A stretch of 64,000 nucleotides of DNA, from assembly GCA_002189035.1 (NCBI GenBank), contig NEEC01000012.1:186001-250000 (forward strand), given 5' to 3'. A program made the translations under genes and the position numbers. This document shows, in pieces, positions 10,482-23,452 of the stretch. The notes under the pieces are model-generated. The model worked only from the letters and a program-made list of their open reading frames with translations. It was not told the DNA's origin and did no database searches. This stretch comes from Utricularia gibba (taxonomy: Eukaryota; Plantae; Magnoliophyta). Positions within the stretch are counted from its first letter, which is position 1. Every line of letters starts with the position of its first letter.

Positions 10482-12178
10482 ATGAACTCCTCCTCCTCTG
10501 CCCCATGTGGCTTTATGCCCCTCTTCTTCGGCGGCATGAGTTCCGCACTGTCGGAGATTCGCACGGTGGAGATACTCCTAGCTCTCCTGGCCTTCGTCGG
10601 CATAAACGGGTGGCACCAAAAGAGGCGCCAGGGGCTCCCTAGCTGGCCCCTGATAGGGATGCTGCCTTCTCTCCTTATTGGCCTTCAGGGGAACGTTTAT
10701 GACTGGATAACAGAGGTTCTTGTGAAGAAAAATGGCACCTTCATCTTCAGGGGCCCCTGTTTCAGCAACCTCAACTGTGTAATAACCTCGGACCCAGGAA
10801 ATGTCGAGTATATTCTTAAAATGAGGTTCACCAATTTTCAGAAAGGAGTGTACTTCCGTGATACAGTCAGTGATCTGTTGGGCGAGGGGATATTCAGCGC
10901 GGACGGAGATGTTTGGAAGAGGCAGAGGAAAATCGCTAGCCTTGAGTTCCACTCCTCCAAGTTCAGGAAGATGACCGTGGATTCTCTTCTTGATCTGGTG
11001 CACGAGCGGCTGCTTCCGGTGCTGGAGGATGCGGTTCAGAGATCGGCTTTGATTGATTTGCAGGATGTTCTTCTAAGGCTCACTTTTGACAACGTTTGTA
11101 TGATAGCCTTTGGAGTTGATCCCAGATGCTTGACCCCCGGACTGCCTGAAGTTCCGTTCGCTAAAGCGTTTGAGGAGGCTACCGAATCAACAACCATGCG
11201 GTTCGTCACTCCGACTCTACTGTGGAAGGCCATGCGGTATGCCAATAGAACTCTCATCTCCTAACCCCATTTTGTGCGCACTCTCATCCATCTAATCCTT
11301 CCATTGATGACAAGGTGGTTGGGAGTGGGAAGTGAGGGGAGGCTGAAGGAGGCCATAAGAGGAGTGGATGAGTTTGCGGAGGAGGTCATCAGAGCCCGCA
11401 GGACGAAGGCAAAGACGGACACCCCCGATCTACTGTCGGCGTTCATGAGTTTCAACGATTTCTCCGACAAATCGTTGCGAGATATTTGCGTGAACTTCAT
11501 TCTTGCTGGGAGGGACACCTCCTCTGTGGCCCTTACTTGGTTCTTTTGGCTCCTGAATGATCACCCCGAAGTCGAGGGAAAAATCCTGCAAGAGCTCAAC
11601 GCGATCGTTCTGGGAAGACGTGCGGAGTTGGGAGATTCGGCTTTCCGGCAGGAGGAAGTGCAGAAGATGGAGTACTTGCAGGCTGCCTTGTCCGAGGCCC
11701 TTAGGCTCTACCCTTCTGTTCCCGTAGATCATAAACAGGTAAACATCAAATAATCTATGTATCCCATTAAGATGGAATTCCAATCCTTGCCCTGCTTTTG
11801 TTTGTGCAGGTAGTTGAAGACGATATATTCCCCGACGGAACCGTGCTGAAGAAGGGCACAAAAGTAGTGTACGCCGCCTACGCGATGGGGAGGTCAGAGG
11901 AAATATGGGGCGAGGACTGCAAGAAGTTTATACCGGAGAGATGGATGAGTGACAAGGGTCGCTTCTCCGGGGCGTCGGCGTACAAGTTCACGGCGTTCAA
12001 CGGCGGCCCTCGGCTGTGCCTGGGGAAGGACTTGGCCTACTACCAAATGAAGTTCGTGGCGGCGTCCATTCTCCGGCGTTACAGGGTGAGAGTCGTGGAG
12101 GGGCATCCCGTAGCCCCCAGGATGGCGCTCACCATGTACCTCAAGCACGGCCTCCAGGTTCGGGTCCTCCCAAGATAG
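10482..12178 (+). CDS. CYP86B1: Cytochrome P450, CYP86B subfamily (very-long-chain fatty acid omega-hydroxylase type); exons 10482-11236, 11315-11738, 11810-12178; 515 aa
   Basis: DLQDVLLRLTFDNVCMIAFGVDP, I-helix NFILAGRDTSS, EALRLYP (ExxR), PERW, heme motif FNGGPRLCLG. Spliced length 1548 nt. The ORF track starts at an upstream TTG; the first ATG is 10482. Confidence 0.9.
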
Positions 12179-12229
12179 ACGACGGTTGACTTTGTTATAC
12201 TGCTTTTGGAAAAAGGCTTCGGTTGCAGC

Positions 12230-14170
12230 ATTCCTCATCGTAAAACAAATTTTAATTTAATATAAATCTGTTTCATTTATTATATTAATATACTAGATAA
12301 TTTTTACATATTAAAAAATATTGATTAATTATATATTATGTGAATATAAGTTGTTGGACATATTTTCTTTTTCTTAGATTATGACTTATTGTTATATAAC
12401 TCAAACATTGAGTATTTATATATTTGTCATTAAATGTGAGTTATTAAGCATCATTTCTTTGTTCCAGCCTTAAAACTTGATCTTTATAAATTTAATATAG
12501 TATCAGAGTAGTAAAGATCTTAGATCTATGTTTATTTTAGTATTTCATTTATCTTTTAATTTTTCCTTTCACTTCATTCATTTAAAAGATCCATGTGATT
12601 ATAAATGTGTTTTAATGATAGTAATCTAAAATTCAAACATTTGAACACGAAATCAATGCAAATATTGTATACCCTTTTGCCATCAGGATCTATAATCTAC
12701 AGTAGTTCTTCAACATAATAAACACTTAAACTTAAATAAAACATACATTAATATTTCGTTTAAATTCTCATGCATAACGTCCAAAAATCAATTTTCTTTT
12801 CAAAAAATCAATTTTTGATTAGGAAAAAAAAAAGTCAAACATAAGTGATTTTATCAAAATTTTAAAAGGTTGCATTACTCTTTATAAAATAAATTTTAAT
12901 TTAATATAAATCTATTTATTTTATTATATTAATATAGTAAATAATTTTTATATATTTCACAAATATTTTATTAACTACATATTGTATAATTATACGTTTG
13001 CTTTAGATTATTGATAAAATAATTAATTTTGAAATTGTAAAAAGAAAATTATTAGATATTATAATATAAATTTAATTTTGGAATTGAAAAAGATTATTAT
13101 TATTATTATTTTAATTAACTTATTATTTAATTACTGAAATATAAATTTATAAAATTCAATACTTTTTAAATTAATTACATACTTTTATTTTTATTTTAAT
13201 ACAAAATAATTAAAAATTAAAAAGTTTAAAAATTAAACATAATTAATTCATAAAATTATTAACATAAAACAATACCTAAATTTCTGAAATTATGATACAA
13301 GTCCATTGGAAGTTGAATTCAGTGAAATTTACTTCTTCATGTCTAAACAGAAAATCAGTCCAAATAATCTATACCCTTTTACTACTAGAATCTATAATCT
13401 GTAGCAATGCTTCAATCCAATACGTGCTTGTAGTTAAATAAAACACACATTAATATTTGGTGTTTAAATTTCCATGCATAATATTCCAAAAATCAATTTT
13501 GATGAAATGTACTCAAATATAAGTGATTTTATAAAAAAATTTAAAAGGTTACATTACTCTTTGTAAAATAAATTTTGTATAATATAAATCTGTTTCATTT
13601 ATAATACGTAATTTTTACTGATTAAAAACTGTTTTATTATAATTTTAAAATAAATTCAAATTATTTTTAATAGAATATGTTTTGAATTATGAATTATTTT
13701 GTAAGATATTATATATTTAATGTATTAAATTATTACATAATTTAACATTTTGTAATAAATTTAATTGTATTATAAATTTATTATTTTAATTACTGAGATA
13801 ATTTAAAAATTCAATCATTTTTAGATTTATTACATAATTTTTATTTTAATACAAATAAAATTATAATTTTAAAAATTAAATAGAATCCATTCATACAATT
13901 ATTAATATAAAAAAAATTCCTTAATTTTGAAAATAATAATGAAATAGAGATAATAAAATCCATTTTCAATTAATTTTTAGAAAAAATATAGCATTGAATT
14001 CAATAATCTTTTCCTTTTGATTTTTTGGAATTTGAATTCAAATCCATTGAAAGTTGAATTCGGCAAATTTTAACTATCTAACGTACGAACCCAAAATCAG
14101 GTCAAAGAATCTGTATTTTTTTATCACTATAATCTGTAATCTTCAACACAACACGTAGTTGTATTTAAAT
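12230..14170. repeat. Degenerate tandem triplication with a period of about 650-730 bp
   Basis: Shared markers TATAAATCT(G/A)TTT at 12261/12905/13583 and CTATAATCT at 12690/13392/14127, with long similar blocks at 12670-12900 and 13370-13600. Confidence 0.7.
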
Positions 14171-14211
14171 CGGGCGGAAACATCGCAAATAGCAGCTACA
14201 TTTGGAAGAAA

Positions 14212-14547
14212 ATGAAGCTTACGGTGGAAGTGTTCACCGGCCCGCTGTTCCACTTGGAAGTGAAAGACGATGCGACGGTCGGAGAACTGAAGAAGGAGAT
14301 CGCGAAGCAGGAGAATCTTCCAAGGGAGAAGATGCTCCTCGCACAAGTCACTCGCGATCAGCAGGTTATGGCGAATGATGCCGCACGCCTCACAGACTAC
14401 GGAGTGAGAGACGGCTCCTTGATCTGCATTTACTTCTCTCTGCCTCCGCTCTCGTTTCTAAGCGCATCGCACGCGAAGCAAGACGACGGCTCCACCTCGT
14501 CTTCCGGTGGCAACGCCGCTGGTAAGCAAAAGGTGCCTCGCTCATGA
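14212..14547 (+). CDS. Intronless single ubiquitin-like-domain protein, 111 aa
   Basis: MKLTVEVFTG..FHLEVKDDATVGELKKEIAKQENLP...RLTDYGVRDGSLICIYF is a ubiquitin-fold signature. GC-rich ORF in an AT-rich setting; TATTTAAAT at 14162. Confidence 0.75.
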   Translation: MKLTVEVFTGPLFHLEVKDDATVGELKKEIAKQENLPREKMLLAQVTRDQQVMANDAARLTDYGVRDGSLICIYFSLPPLSFLSASHAKQDDGSTSSSGGNAAGKQKVPRS

Positions 14548-15735
14548 TACTCTGCATATATATATGCACCTCAAATATTGAAAATTCCATAACAATACTT
14601 CTGATTTACTAAATAGATGGTATCATTGACTCTGTTAAATATACATATTTGTACCGTTATATCCAATCTGAATATATAATTTTTATTTAATATTTATTAT
14701 GGTATAAATTCATTAAATTGGGGATTAGGGTTTCTACAAATTACTGAAAATTGTTGCTAGCAAATGTCAGCAACTTCATTGATGATTCTTAATTAAAATT
14801 TAATCTTAGTTAACCAAAGGGTTTAGGGCCTGTTTGGTAAGCTTGTTAGGACAACTTAACAAAAGTTTTAAATTAAAAGTATGTCTAATAGGGATTGTGA
14901 AAATACACAACTATATTTATCTTCATATGTACAGAATTAATTTTGGGGTATGAAGCGTAACGTGGAAAAGGGGAGGAGGTATGCATTTACACTCACAACC
15001 TCTCCTTATCCTTGTTCTACCCCTCCCATATAGATCAAATCCTAAGCAAATTAAACATACATAATGACCCTTTTGAAAACTGAACCATTATAGTTACTAA
15101 ACTATAGAGAGAAAAACGGACAACATACAAAGAAATAATACAAATGTGACCCATACACCAAAGAAACCACATAAATCAACCAAAAAACTTTGAAATCAAT
15201 GACGTCGATGAGATAGGAGTGTGGAATCAATATCAAAAAGTAAAAATAGAGATGAATCGTATATGGAAGTGAAGCAATTGAGAAAAAACCTAGAACCTTT
15301 CATATACAGAATTAAAAGAATAATGAGAATTATTGTACAAAGTCTTTAAATAATAGTGAGTATATTTTGAATAATTTTCATAAAATAACAATAATTTACT
15401 AAATACAAAATATTATAAACTTATATTTTAAAATAATATTATCAAAGATATATCCAATCTAAACAATGCATGTTCATTTATCTAAAAATAAATAAATAAC
15501 TTTAATAAATTATAAACTAAAAAATCGTAAAAAACGAGACCTTAAGGTTTACAAGAGCAATTTTAGGAATAAAGGTATTCTCTTTTTTTTTTCAATGGCA
15601 TGAATATCAAGAAATTGGAAAAAAAATGATGGATTCTTTTAGAGTGTGAATCTAGATGTTGATTTGAATAGAAAAGTGTACACATTGTTTAATAAATTAA
15701 TTGGATTTGTATTATTAGTTTGTTGAGCTCATTAT

Positions 15736-16871
15736 TGATAATTGATTTTGTATCGTTTCAAAACATGTTATTTCACTACTTTTGAATGTTGTTTTTACTT
15801 ATTTTATACTCCACTTTCTCATTATTCTCAATTGATTTTGCATCTTTCACACTATTTTGATCTTTTTGGAAAGAAATTGTATTTTTTGGACTTTTAGGAT
15901 GATTTTGGATCAATTTGAGAAGAAATCAAGACCCACCAAATTATAGACTTGATGGGCCACGAATCTCAGCCCAAGACTCGGTCAAATGATGAAGATTTGG
16001 TCCAAGATTCATGGATAAGATAGAGATATGAAGAAGATCTTCGAAGATTTGGATAGATCTTATCCAAGTCCATCGAATAAGCTCAATATGAAGACTTGGA
16101 TCTACTTTCCTATAAATACCCCACCATCTTAACCATTAGAGACGTCTTTGACCACTTTTCTTTTAAATTTTTCCTATTTTCGTGTCTATTTTCATGTTTG
16201 AGTCGAGTCTGCGCATGTAGGCGCTTGCGGCTGAGAATCTACGATGAAGTCTTGCTTGCGCAAATCCTGCATGTGTGACTGTTTTACTATGTTTTTCGAC
16301 ATTTAAATTGAGGTTTGATTCTGTTTTTCACAACGTTTTCTTTACTAACGTACTCTTTAGTATCACATAACCCCAAAGGGAGTGTGAGAGAATCAAATGT
16401 TGGCCTCAAGCACCTAAGGAGAAGGGTTCAATCGTACATCGTTGGTAAGGCACATTCTGACTAATCTGTCTGTAAGGTGTGAGGTGTAGGGGTTAGATTT
16501 GGGTGTGGGAAAAATATGGATTATCACAAGATGTGAAATGGCTCTAGTGGCGTGGTTGATTCCATAATACCACAAAACAAGGGACGGTGCTATAACGGTC
16601 ACCGAGTAGCACTATTTTAGCATAACACCCTAAAGCTTGTACAAGTAGGTCAGTTTTCAAGGTTTACACATACAAATTTGGGTGAGTTTTAAGCAAGGTG
16701 AATCCTGGATCTAAAGCCAATTTTCTTATTGTTTTTAAAACCAAATCTTTCTTTTGTTTTCGTTCTTTTTTCAGTTTTTTTTTGAAAAGAAAATTTCAAT
16801 AACAATTACTTGTGGATACGATTTTATTTTATTATTTCGACAGTTTCTATTCACTTGCAGAATCACCATCA
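15736..16871 (+). mobile_element. Solo LTR (1136 bp), Athila-like Ty3/gypsy
   Basis: TGAT...ATCA termini, perfect 5-bp TSD ATTAT (15731-15735 and 16872-16876), internal CTATAAATA box near 16110. Lineage call rests on recalled sequence style only. Confidence 0.88.
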
Positions 16872-18185
16872 ATTATGAATTGCAATTGTTAATTATGGAT
16901 GACTATATTGATATTTGAGGATGATTTTCTATAATGATTATCGTTTAGTCGATATTTTAAACCTGAGGATATGCTAATTTGAATTATTGAAAACATGGTT
17001 ATCGAATTTAAAACATTTTCTTCATATCACATTCAATACATTATCGAATCAGAATCAATATAACCTAATCTGAATGCAATAGCCTTTAGATAATTAGTAT
17101 CAAATTCCCATCATGAATCTAACTTACCAATAAAAAAACGTTCCCAATTCATCATAGCAAAATTTCCCTCAAGAAAGTCTTCGGCAATAGATGTGTGGTA
17201 TGACTTCCGAAAAATCTAAGGAATCAAAACAATGATTTAGTAAATAAACTTTTAAAACTAATAAAAAATATTAATGAGGAAAAATATTTTTAATTTGGAT
17301 TGAAATCTGTTTTATAATATTTATTTTTTAATAATTATTATTAAAATATAAAATTATGTAAAGCCAATGCCATTTGTATATAAAAAATTATTTCACTTTC
17401 ATTTTAATGCATCTAATTCTTAGTTTGCTAAAATTAAATCATATTGAAACTATTTATAAGATTAAGAATTAATTTTAATTGTGTGCATTTGTATTATAAT
17501 TCACTCATAATCCCACTTTCATGTAAATTCACTATGGTTTATCCTCTCATCATGAGTCTTAGAGGATGTTTGATAAGAGAGTATTGATGATTTATATTTA
17601 TGATTATAAATGTACCGTTGTTTGATTAAATAATATATGTATATTAATCTTATATGGCTATATTAGTTAGATTGTGTTTAATAAGAGAGTATAGAGGGTC
17701 TATACTCAAGTTTACACATTATAATTGTTTAATTAATTAGTATATGTATACTAATTTTATATGGCTATATTATTTACATATTCATTTTTTATATAGGTTG
17801 TATATACAAATGAAAAGGGGGAGGGGGGCTAGTTATACTAATTGAGCGTGAGAGCCAAATGAATCGAAAGATTCATATATCACTTATATATTTGAATTTT
17901 TATTCTCTGATATTAAACATTATATGAAATTGAGTGTATACATAGTTATTTATACTATATTTAAACATAATAATATCTTTCTATCAAACAACTTTTTAAA
18001 TCTATAATTTTTAAATTTTTTTGCTTTTTGTAATACAAATCGTCGTAAAAAAATAAATTAATTATGGAACGTTTTCTAAAAATAGAAACTATTTCAAATA
18101 AACCTTAATCAATAGACGTATGCTTCTTTTTTAGCAAATAAAACACATTATTTTAAATAAGAGACGAAATTAGCTTTTTCTTGTA

Positions 18186-18239
18186 TGGGCCTTCAATTTT
18201 CACCAGCCCATGGCTTTCGCACCAAGCCCATGAGGCCCA
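18186..18239 (+). promoter_or_regulatory. Cluster of four site II (TGGGCY) motifs upstream of RPS9
   Basis: TGGGCC 18186, AGCCCA 18205 and 18225, GGCCCA 18234. Such clusters are typical of ribosomal-protein promoters. Confidence 0.6.
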
Positions 18240-18380
18240 CAAGCTATCACCCCGGTAGTCCGTACAAGCACTGGAACGGGTACGGGGTGCGGGTCATGGG
18301 ACTGGATAGCGGAAGCGGCATCCATCTCTGTATCTGCTTGTCCAACCATTTCCGACGCAAAACCCAAACTCGGAACTTCG

Positions 18381-19385
18381 ATGGCGACTCAAACCATTTC
18401 TGCGCTCACGTCTAGCTTTTCTTCGCTTTCCTTCTCTTCTCAAATTTCGAAGAAGCCCGCACAATCGCTCTCCTTTTCTTTTTCCAAGCAGCCTAGATTC
18501 CCCACCTTCGTCGTCGTCGCTACCGCCCCGTCCTCCGCTGTCACTGTTCCTGACGTCGGCACCGAGGATCTGAAGAAGCTGGTGAAGTCACGGCTTCCTG
18601 GTGGATTCGCCGCCCAGACAATCATAGGTACCGGTCGCCGGAAATGTGCAATTGCTAGGGTTGTTCTTCAAGAAGGTTCCGGGAAAATCATCATCAATTA
18701 CCGGGATGCAAAGGTCATTCTTTCTGCCCTTTAACGTCCATCCCATTGCCTCCTTACGTCAGTCCATGAGATTTAGTCCCATGTTACAATTTTCCTACAA
18801 AGACTTATGCTTATTGCTTGTAGCTCTCATTAAGATAGAAAAATGATTATTAGTTCTTGAGATTTTCCCTGAACTTATGCCTGCCAACGTGATGTATCGA
18901 AGGATGGGATCAATGATGTTCTAAACGAATGTTCAGTGAGTAGACAACTTGGATGGCTACTTGTGTCTGAAAAAAAAAAGGGACAAGGAAGGGAATTTGT
19001 AATGATGAACCGTGCTGTCCAACATACAAGTTTTCTCCCAGTACAAGCCCAATGACCTCTCAGGAATGAGAAGCTAAATTAGGGATGTTTCTTGCAGGAG
19101 TACCTTCAAGGAAACCCCCTGTGGCTGCAGTATGTTAAAACCCCCCTTGTCACTCTGGGATATGAGAACAGCTACGATGTTTTCGTCAAGGCACACGGTG
19201 GTGGCCTTTCGGGGCAAGCTCAAGCAGTTTCTCTCGGCATTGCTCGTGCCCTGCTGAAGGTCAGCGACAGTCATCGATCCCCATTGAAGCAGGAAGGCCT
19301 CCTGACAAGGGACTCAAGGGTGGTGGAAAGGAAGAAGCCAGGGTTGAGGAAAGCCAGGAAGCGCCCGCAGTATTCCAAGCGTTGA
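18381..19385 (+). CDS. RPS9: Plastid 30S ribosomal protein S9; exons 18381-18713, 19098-19385; 206 aa
   Basis: Ser-rich transit peptide; GTGRRKCAIARV, GGGLSGQAQAVSLGIARAL, LLTRDSRVVERKKPGLRKARKRPQYSKR. Confidence 0.96.
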
Positions 19386-19750
19386 GGTCACAACCTTTGC
19401 GTTTTATGCAGTCTCAAGGATGAAGATCCCAAGGTACTTGTGCATGTAATCTACTGCATATCTAGAGAGGAAAAATGTGCCCGAGATTGAAACTTGAATC
19501 AACGCCATGGTTTTGAGAACCTGCCATTCATGTACTGTAACCAAAGCAACTTGTTCTATTTACTACAGAGTCACAAAACCAGCGTCTGTTTTCTCCTTTT
19601 AGCAATGAGAGTGTCCTGAACGTCGCATATCCTGAATCGGGTCCATCGCCCGCCCCAGTGGTGACCAGTGTTAAAAATAATGAGCTTTACAGTGGAAGGA
19701 GGAAGGCACAAGAACGTACTGCAGAATTTCTTTTAAAGAATAAAAATACA

Positions 19751-22061
19751 TCAAGTGATGAAGAGGTATCTGAAGCTGAAGTCATAGGGAAGTATTTGAA
19801 GAGTGTCTTGTGTTCTGGTTTCCAGGCATTTCATTGCTTCTTTCCCAGCTTCACATGGAAGCTCAAGGCATATCCAGTCCAACAGAGAATCCATGTCCTT
19901 GGCGAAGTCCGCGAGGTACCAATCCAGCAACTTGGGTATCGCTAGCAGCTTTTTGTCGACGGAAAAGCCAATCGCAGCTTGCAAGTAGTCCCGTTTTGCA
20001 GTTTCAAGCTCGTTTTCGACTTGAGATGCCGTGTAAACTCTCACCTGCAACATGGAGGTTAGACAGTAACTATTGAAATCCTTCAATTTGAATGAGCGAC
20101 ATCCTTTGTATAGGGGAACTACTTACAGCAGGGGAGGACCAGCTTCCACAGGAGATCGCAAATGTTACCAATGGTTCGGAAAACTCGAGCCCAAAAAGCT
20201 GATCTACGGACGCCTCACCGGATTGCATACCAGTGGAGAAAGTCTGGGATGATGGAAGATACAACAAAAGATTCATCAGCTTTTGCAGTTGTGCTTAACA
20301 AGTTCAAGCTCCAGTTGAAGACAGTCTTTACATATTTTGAATGGTATGGCAGTCTCAGTATGAAATGCTCGATTGTCACGGCGTTTAGATAGCATCCTCC
20401 GACGTTTACAGTCGCCTGAGAATCAAACTCAGATGTCTTGTTGCATGCCTATATGCATAAACAAGACGTATGGTAGTTACCTTTTGCATCAGGGAAACCA
20501 TCAATTCAGGAGTCTCTGGAATGCCATGCTCGAGAAATGCCTGGAGAGAAATCCCAATGTCATTGTGACAAATATTTGAAGTATCTTGTGGGAGCTCTCA
20601 ATCATACCTTCATCATGCAAGCATTGTAGATGTTTATCCAGAAAGCCAGCTTTTCTTGGTGACTGAGGCCTTTCAGCTTAACCAACCCAAGCTTCCCAAG
20701 GAGATGCCTGAAATTCAGGACAGCGTAAGAAAAGCAACACAATGAAGTAGTTCTGTTTCTATACAAAGACGCATATCAAAATCTACAAGATGGTGCATTG
20801 AATATTACGTCAATCTGTGTACATATTTTGCCTTCTGATCTGTCTTGATCCATCCAGCTTCAATAGACAATAAATGCTTATATGGGCCAATATCTCTCTT
20901 CCCAAATTTGGAACATATACCATAAGGATCTCTAAAGTCTGTGCAAGCCACGTTTTCTGACGAGCATAATATGAATGATGAGGGTAATGCTTCTGCTGTA
21001 CTTCTGCTTCTCTTGGAGCTCATTCTCAAGAAGATATTCACCAGACATTTGAGAATGCTTTCAGAAATTTGATTTGGAGTTTCAATCGTCAGGTGCTTTT
21101 TTTCTTGAAGACATGCATTCTTGCTTTCTGCGCTATCCATCTGTAAAACCATAGACATTATTGCATGCAGTGGGAAGCTGTATCTAGAAGATTTGATCAC
21201 TTACATGTATGGCTACCAAAAATATGTGTTATATACCTGTAACTTCTCATGCGCTAGTCTGCCATCAACGAGTGGTTTAGTCACTGGTCCAGGAACCATT
21301 TGCCTCTTTGGAATCGGTGTTTGCTGCTTGGTTTTCAACAAAATGGTATTGGAATGAGTTTCCCCTCTCCTTTTTTCATCTAAACAACGGCAATAGTTTG
21401 GAAGTCAAGAGAATGCCTATGGAATCCAGAAAAGATCAGTCCTGGATGCATTACCAGAAACAGGTGGTGGATTATTTCGTGAATGTGCAATACAAGTCTC
21501 TTCGGTTTGGGTAGAAGATTTCACTTTCAGTGGACCTCCTAAATCAGCTAAATGCTCCATATTCCTAGATGAGGAAATACAAACAGCTTCTTCATACAAT
21601 CCTTGCCTGAAAAGCACCAATTTTTCCTCAAGACGAATAACTTCTTCCTCCAACACAGCCACTTCAGCCAGAAGTTCAACTGTCTGCAGATTCCCAAAAA
21701 CAGTACTTTAAGCAAATGCATGGAAAAAGAGGTCAATCTTATAGTCACCCATGCAGTAGCAGGCTAACATATGGTGGAAGATATGAAGGAAGTCTGGGAA
21801 GAGATCCAAGTGGTCGCGTGAATGCCCTTTCCAGAGCTCTGTGGACGTTTTCTTCGTGCCTCAACCGCTTCGTTAACTTATCAACCTACACACAATCAGC
21901 ACCTCTATTACAAACTCCATGGATGACCAGAGTAGTCGGATGAATTGAATACTAACATCTTGTTGCAAAGCCATCTTTCTTTCTCTAATCGAGCATCGGC
22001 GATTCACTGTTACTCCTTTCCCAGAATTCTTCATCTTGCGATTCTCCATTTCCCCCCTCAC
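19751..22061 (-). CDS. DUF547-domain protein with N-terminal MIP1-type leucine zipper; multi-exon, 5' end uncertain
   Basis: [11 protein letters not shown]|[129 protein letters not shown]. Candidate ATG at 22049; an upstream exon is possible. Confidence 0.88.
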
Positions 22062-23418
22062 CTACACAAAAGAATAAAGGAAATGCACCTGAAACCATCT
22101 TCTAAAAGCAAGGAATGTTTCACATGATAGATAAAAAGATAAAGATCACTCGCTTACAAGAGCCCACTTAGAGCATAAAGAATTAAAGTCATCTAAGAAA
22201 AAAAAAAAAGAAATACCATCACACACAAAAAAGAAAGACTACTGGCAGGGGACATGTACATGAACCGGAAGAGCGCCAAACAGACAACTGTTTACCCTCA
22301 CTAGGAGGTTAAGAAAATCTTGGCAACGTAAGCATTAGAGCAAAATACCAAGCCCCTGATACGTAGACCCTGTTTTATTCAAGTGCATTCCCAGCTAAAA
22401 TCTGGACTACCAAATGGCTGCCTGCTTTCACAAAAAGAAAAAGCACATGCACTCTCACACTGTAATTTTGCAAACAGCACCAACGATGTAACAGCGAGGT
22501 AGATCCCAGATTATCATCATTGAATCACTACCCCTTCTCGTTTTCCTGCGACTGCGAGACCCTTTGGTGGTGGGAAGCAATTTCCACTTGGCGCGTTCAT
22601 TTCTCTTCAGCCCCATAAAAGAAACACGAAATAATTTGCGCATCCCATCCGCAAATCAGAGGTAAAGAGAAGGACAAAGTGGTAGGAAGCAGGAGCGGAT
22701 AAACGGGTTGGTGGTGAATGCAATGCAGAAGGCCTGAAAACAGCGACAGGGAAAGCAGCCGCGGAGGTACGAAAAAAGTGGAAAAGGAATGGATTAAAGG
22801 GAGTGCTTGTGTTTCACGATGAAGTCTGCCGCTGCCGATCTGGTCTGGGTGTAGTGTCCGTGGGTCTACTGTAACTAATCTTCTTCACCCATCACGTCAC
22901 ATTCTCTGCCAATCTCCTCCATTGTCATGCACTTGGTACAAGTATTCCTCCTGTCCTATGAATTCATACCTCCATCCACAGACACACCACAAGTTATTAC
23001 CATAAAATAATGAGGAATGTGTGCATCTACTTTTTCCCTTGAGGCAGGGCGATGGCCTACCCATCACTTGGAATTTGGTGTCCTATACCACCTAATTATT
23101 TCGAAACATTCGTATTAGCTGGTGCAAGCTTTCATGCGATAAGGTTGATTAAATATTGTTTCTTTTTTTGTTTTTTTGTTTTGGAAAGCGACCACACGGG
23201 GTGGCTCCTCATCAGGAGCCTCTGTTTTGGTAATTGGGGGGGATTATGAGGCATTGATTTGTGTTAATTACGAAAAGCATGATGATGAGGATGATGTGCA
23301 CATTGATTGTAGGGTCCAAAAGGAGGAGGGAGGAGGCATTGATGATGTGGGGCATGGCATGGGATGAATCATGGATGATGCAGGCAGAAATGAGTGACGC
23401 TGAATTCCATTCCACGCA

Positions 23419-23452
<34 letters not shown>
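23419..23452. repeat. (AACCAG)5+ hexanucleotide microsatellite
   Basis: Read directly. Confidence 0.95.

Noticed and set aside
8446-16871. Giant Pack-type transposon with about 1-kb TIRs carrying CYP86B and the UBL gene
   Set aside because: The right repeat has its own TG...CA ends and its own ATTAT TSD, so it is a solo LTR. The left copy is an independent insertion into the PMD gene.
21380-21454. Apparent premature stops (TAG 21417, TGA nearby) in the DUF547 gene
   Set aside because: Both fall in a 75-nt GT-AG phase-1 intron (21454-21380), and splicing restores the frame.
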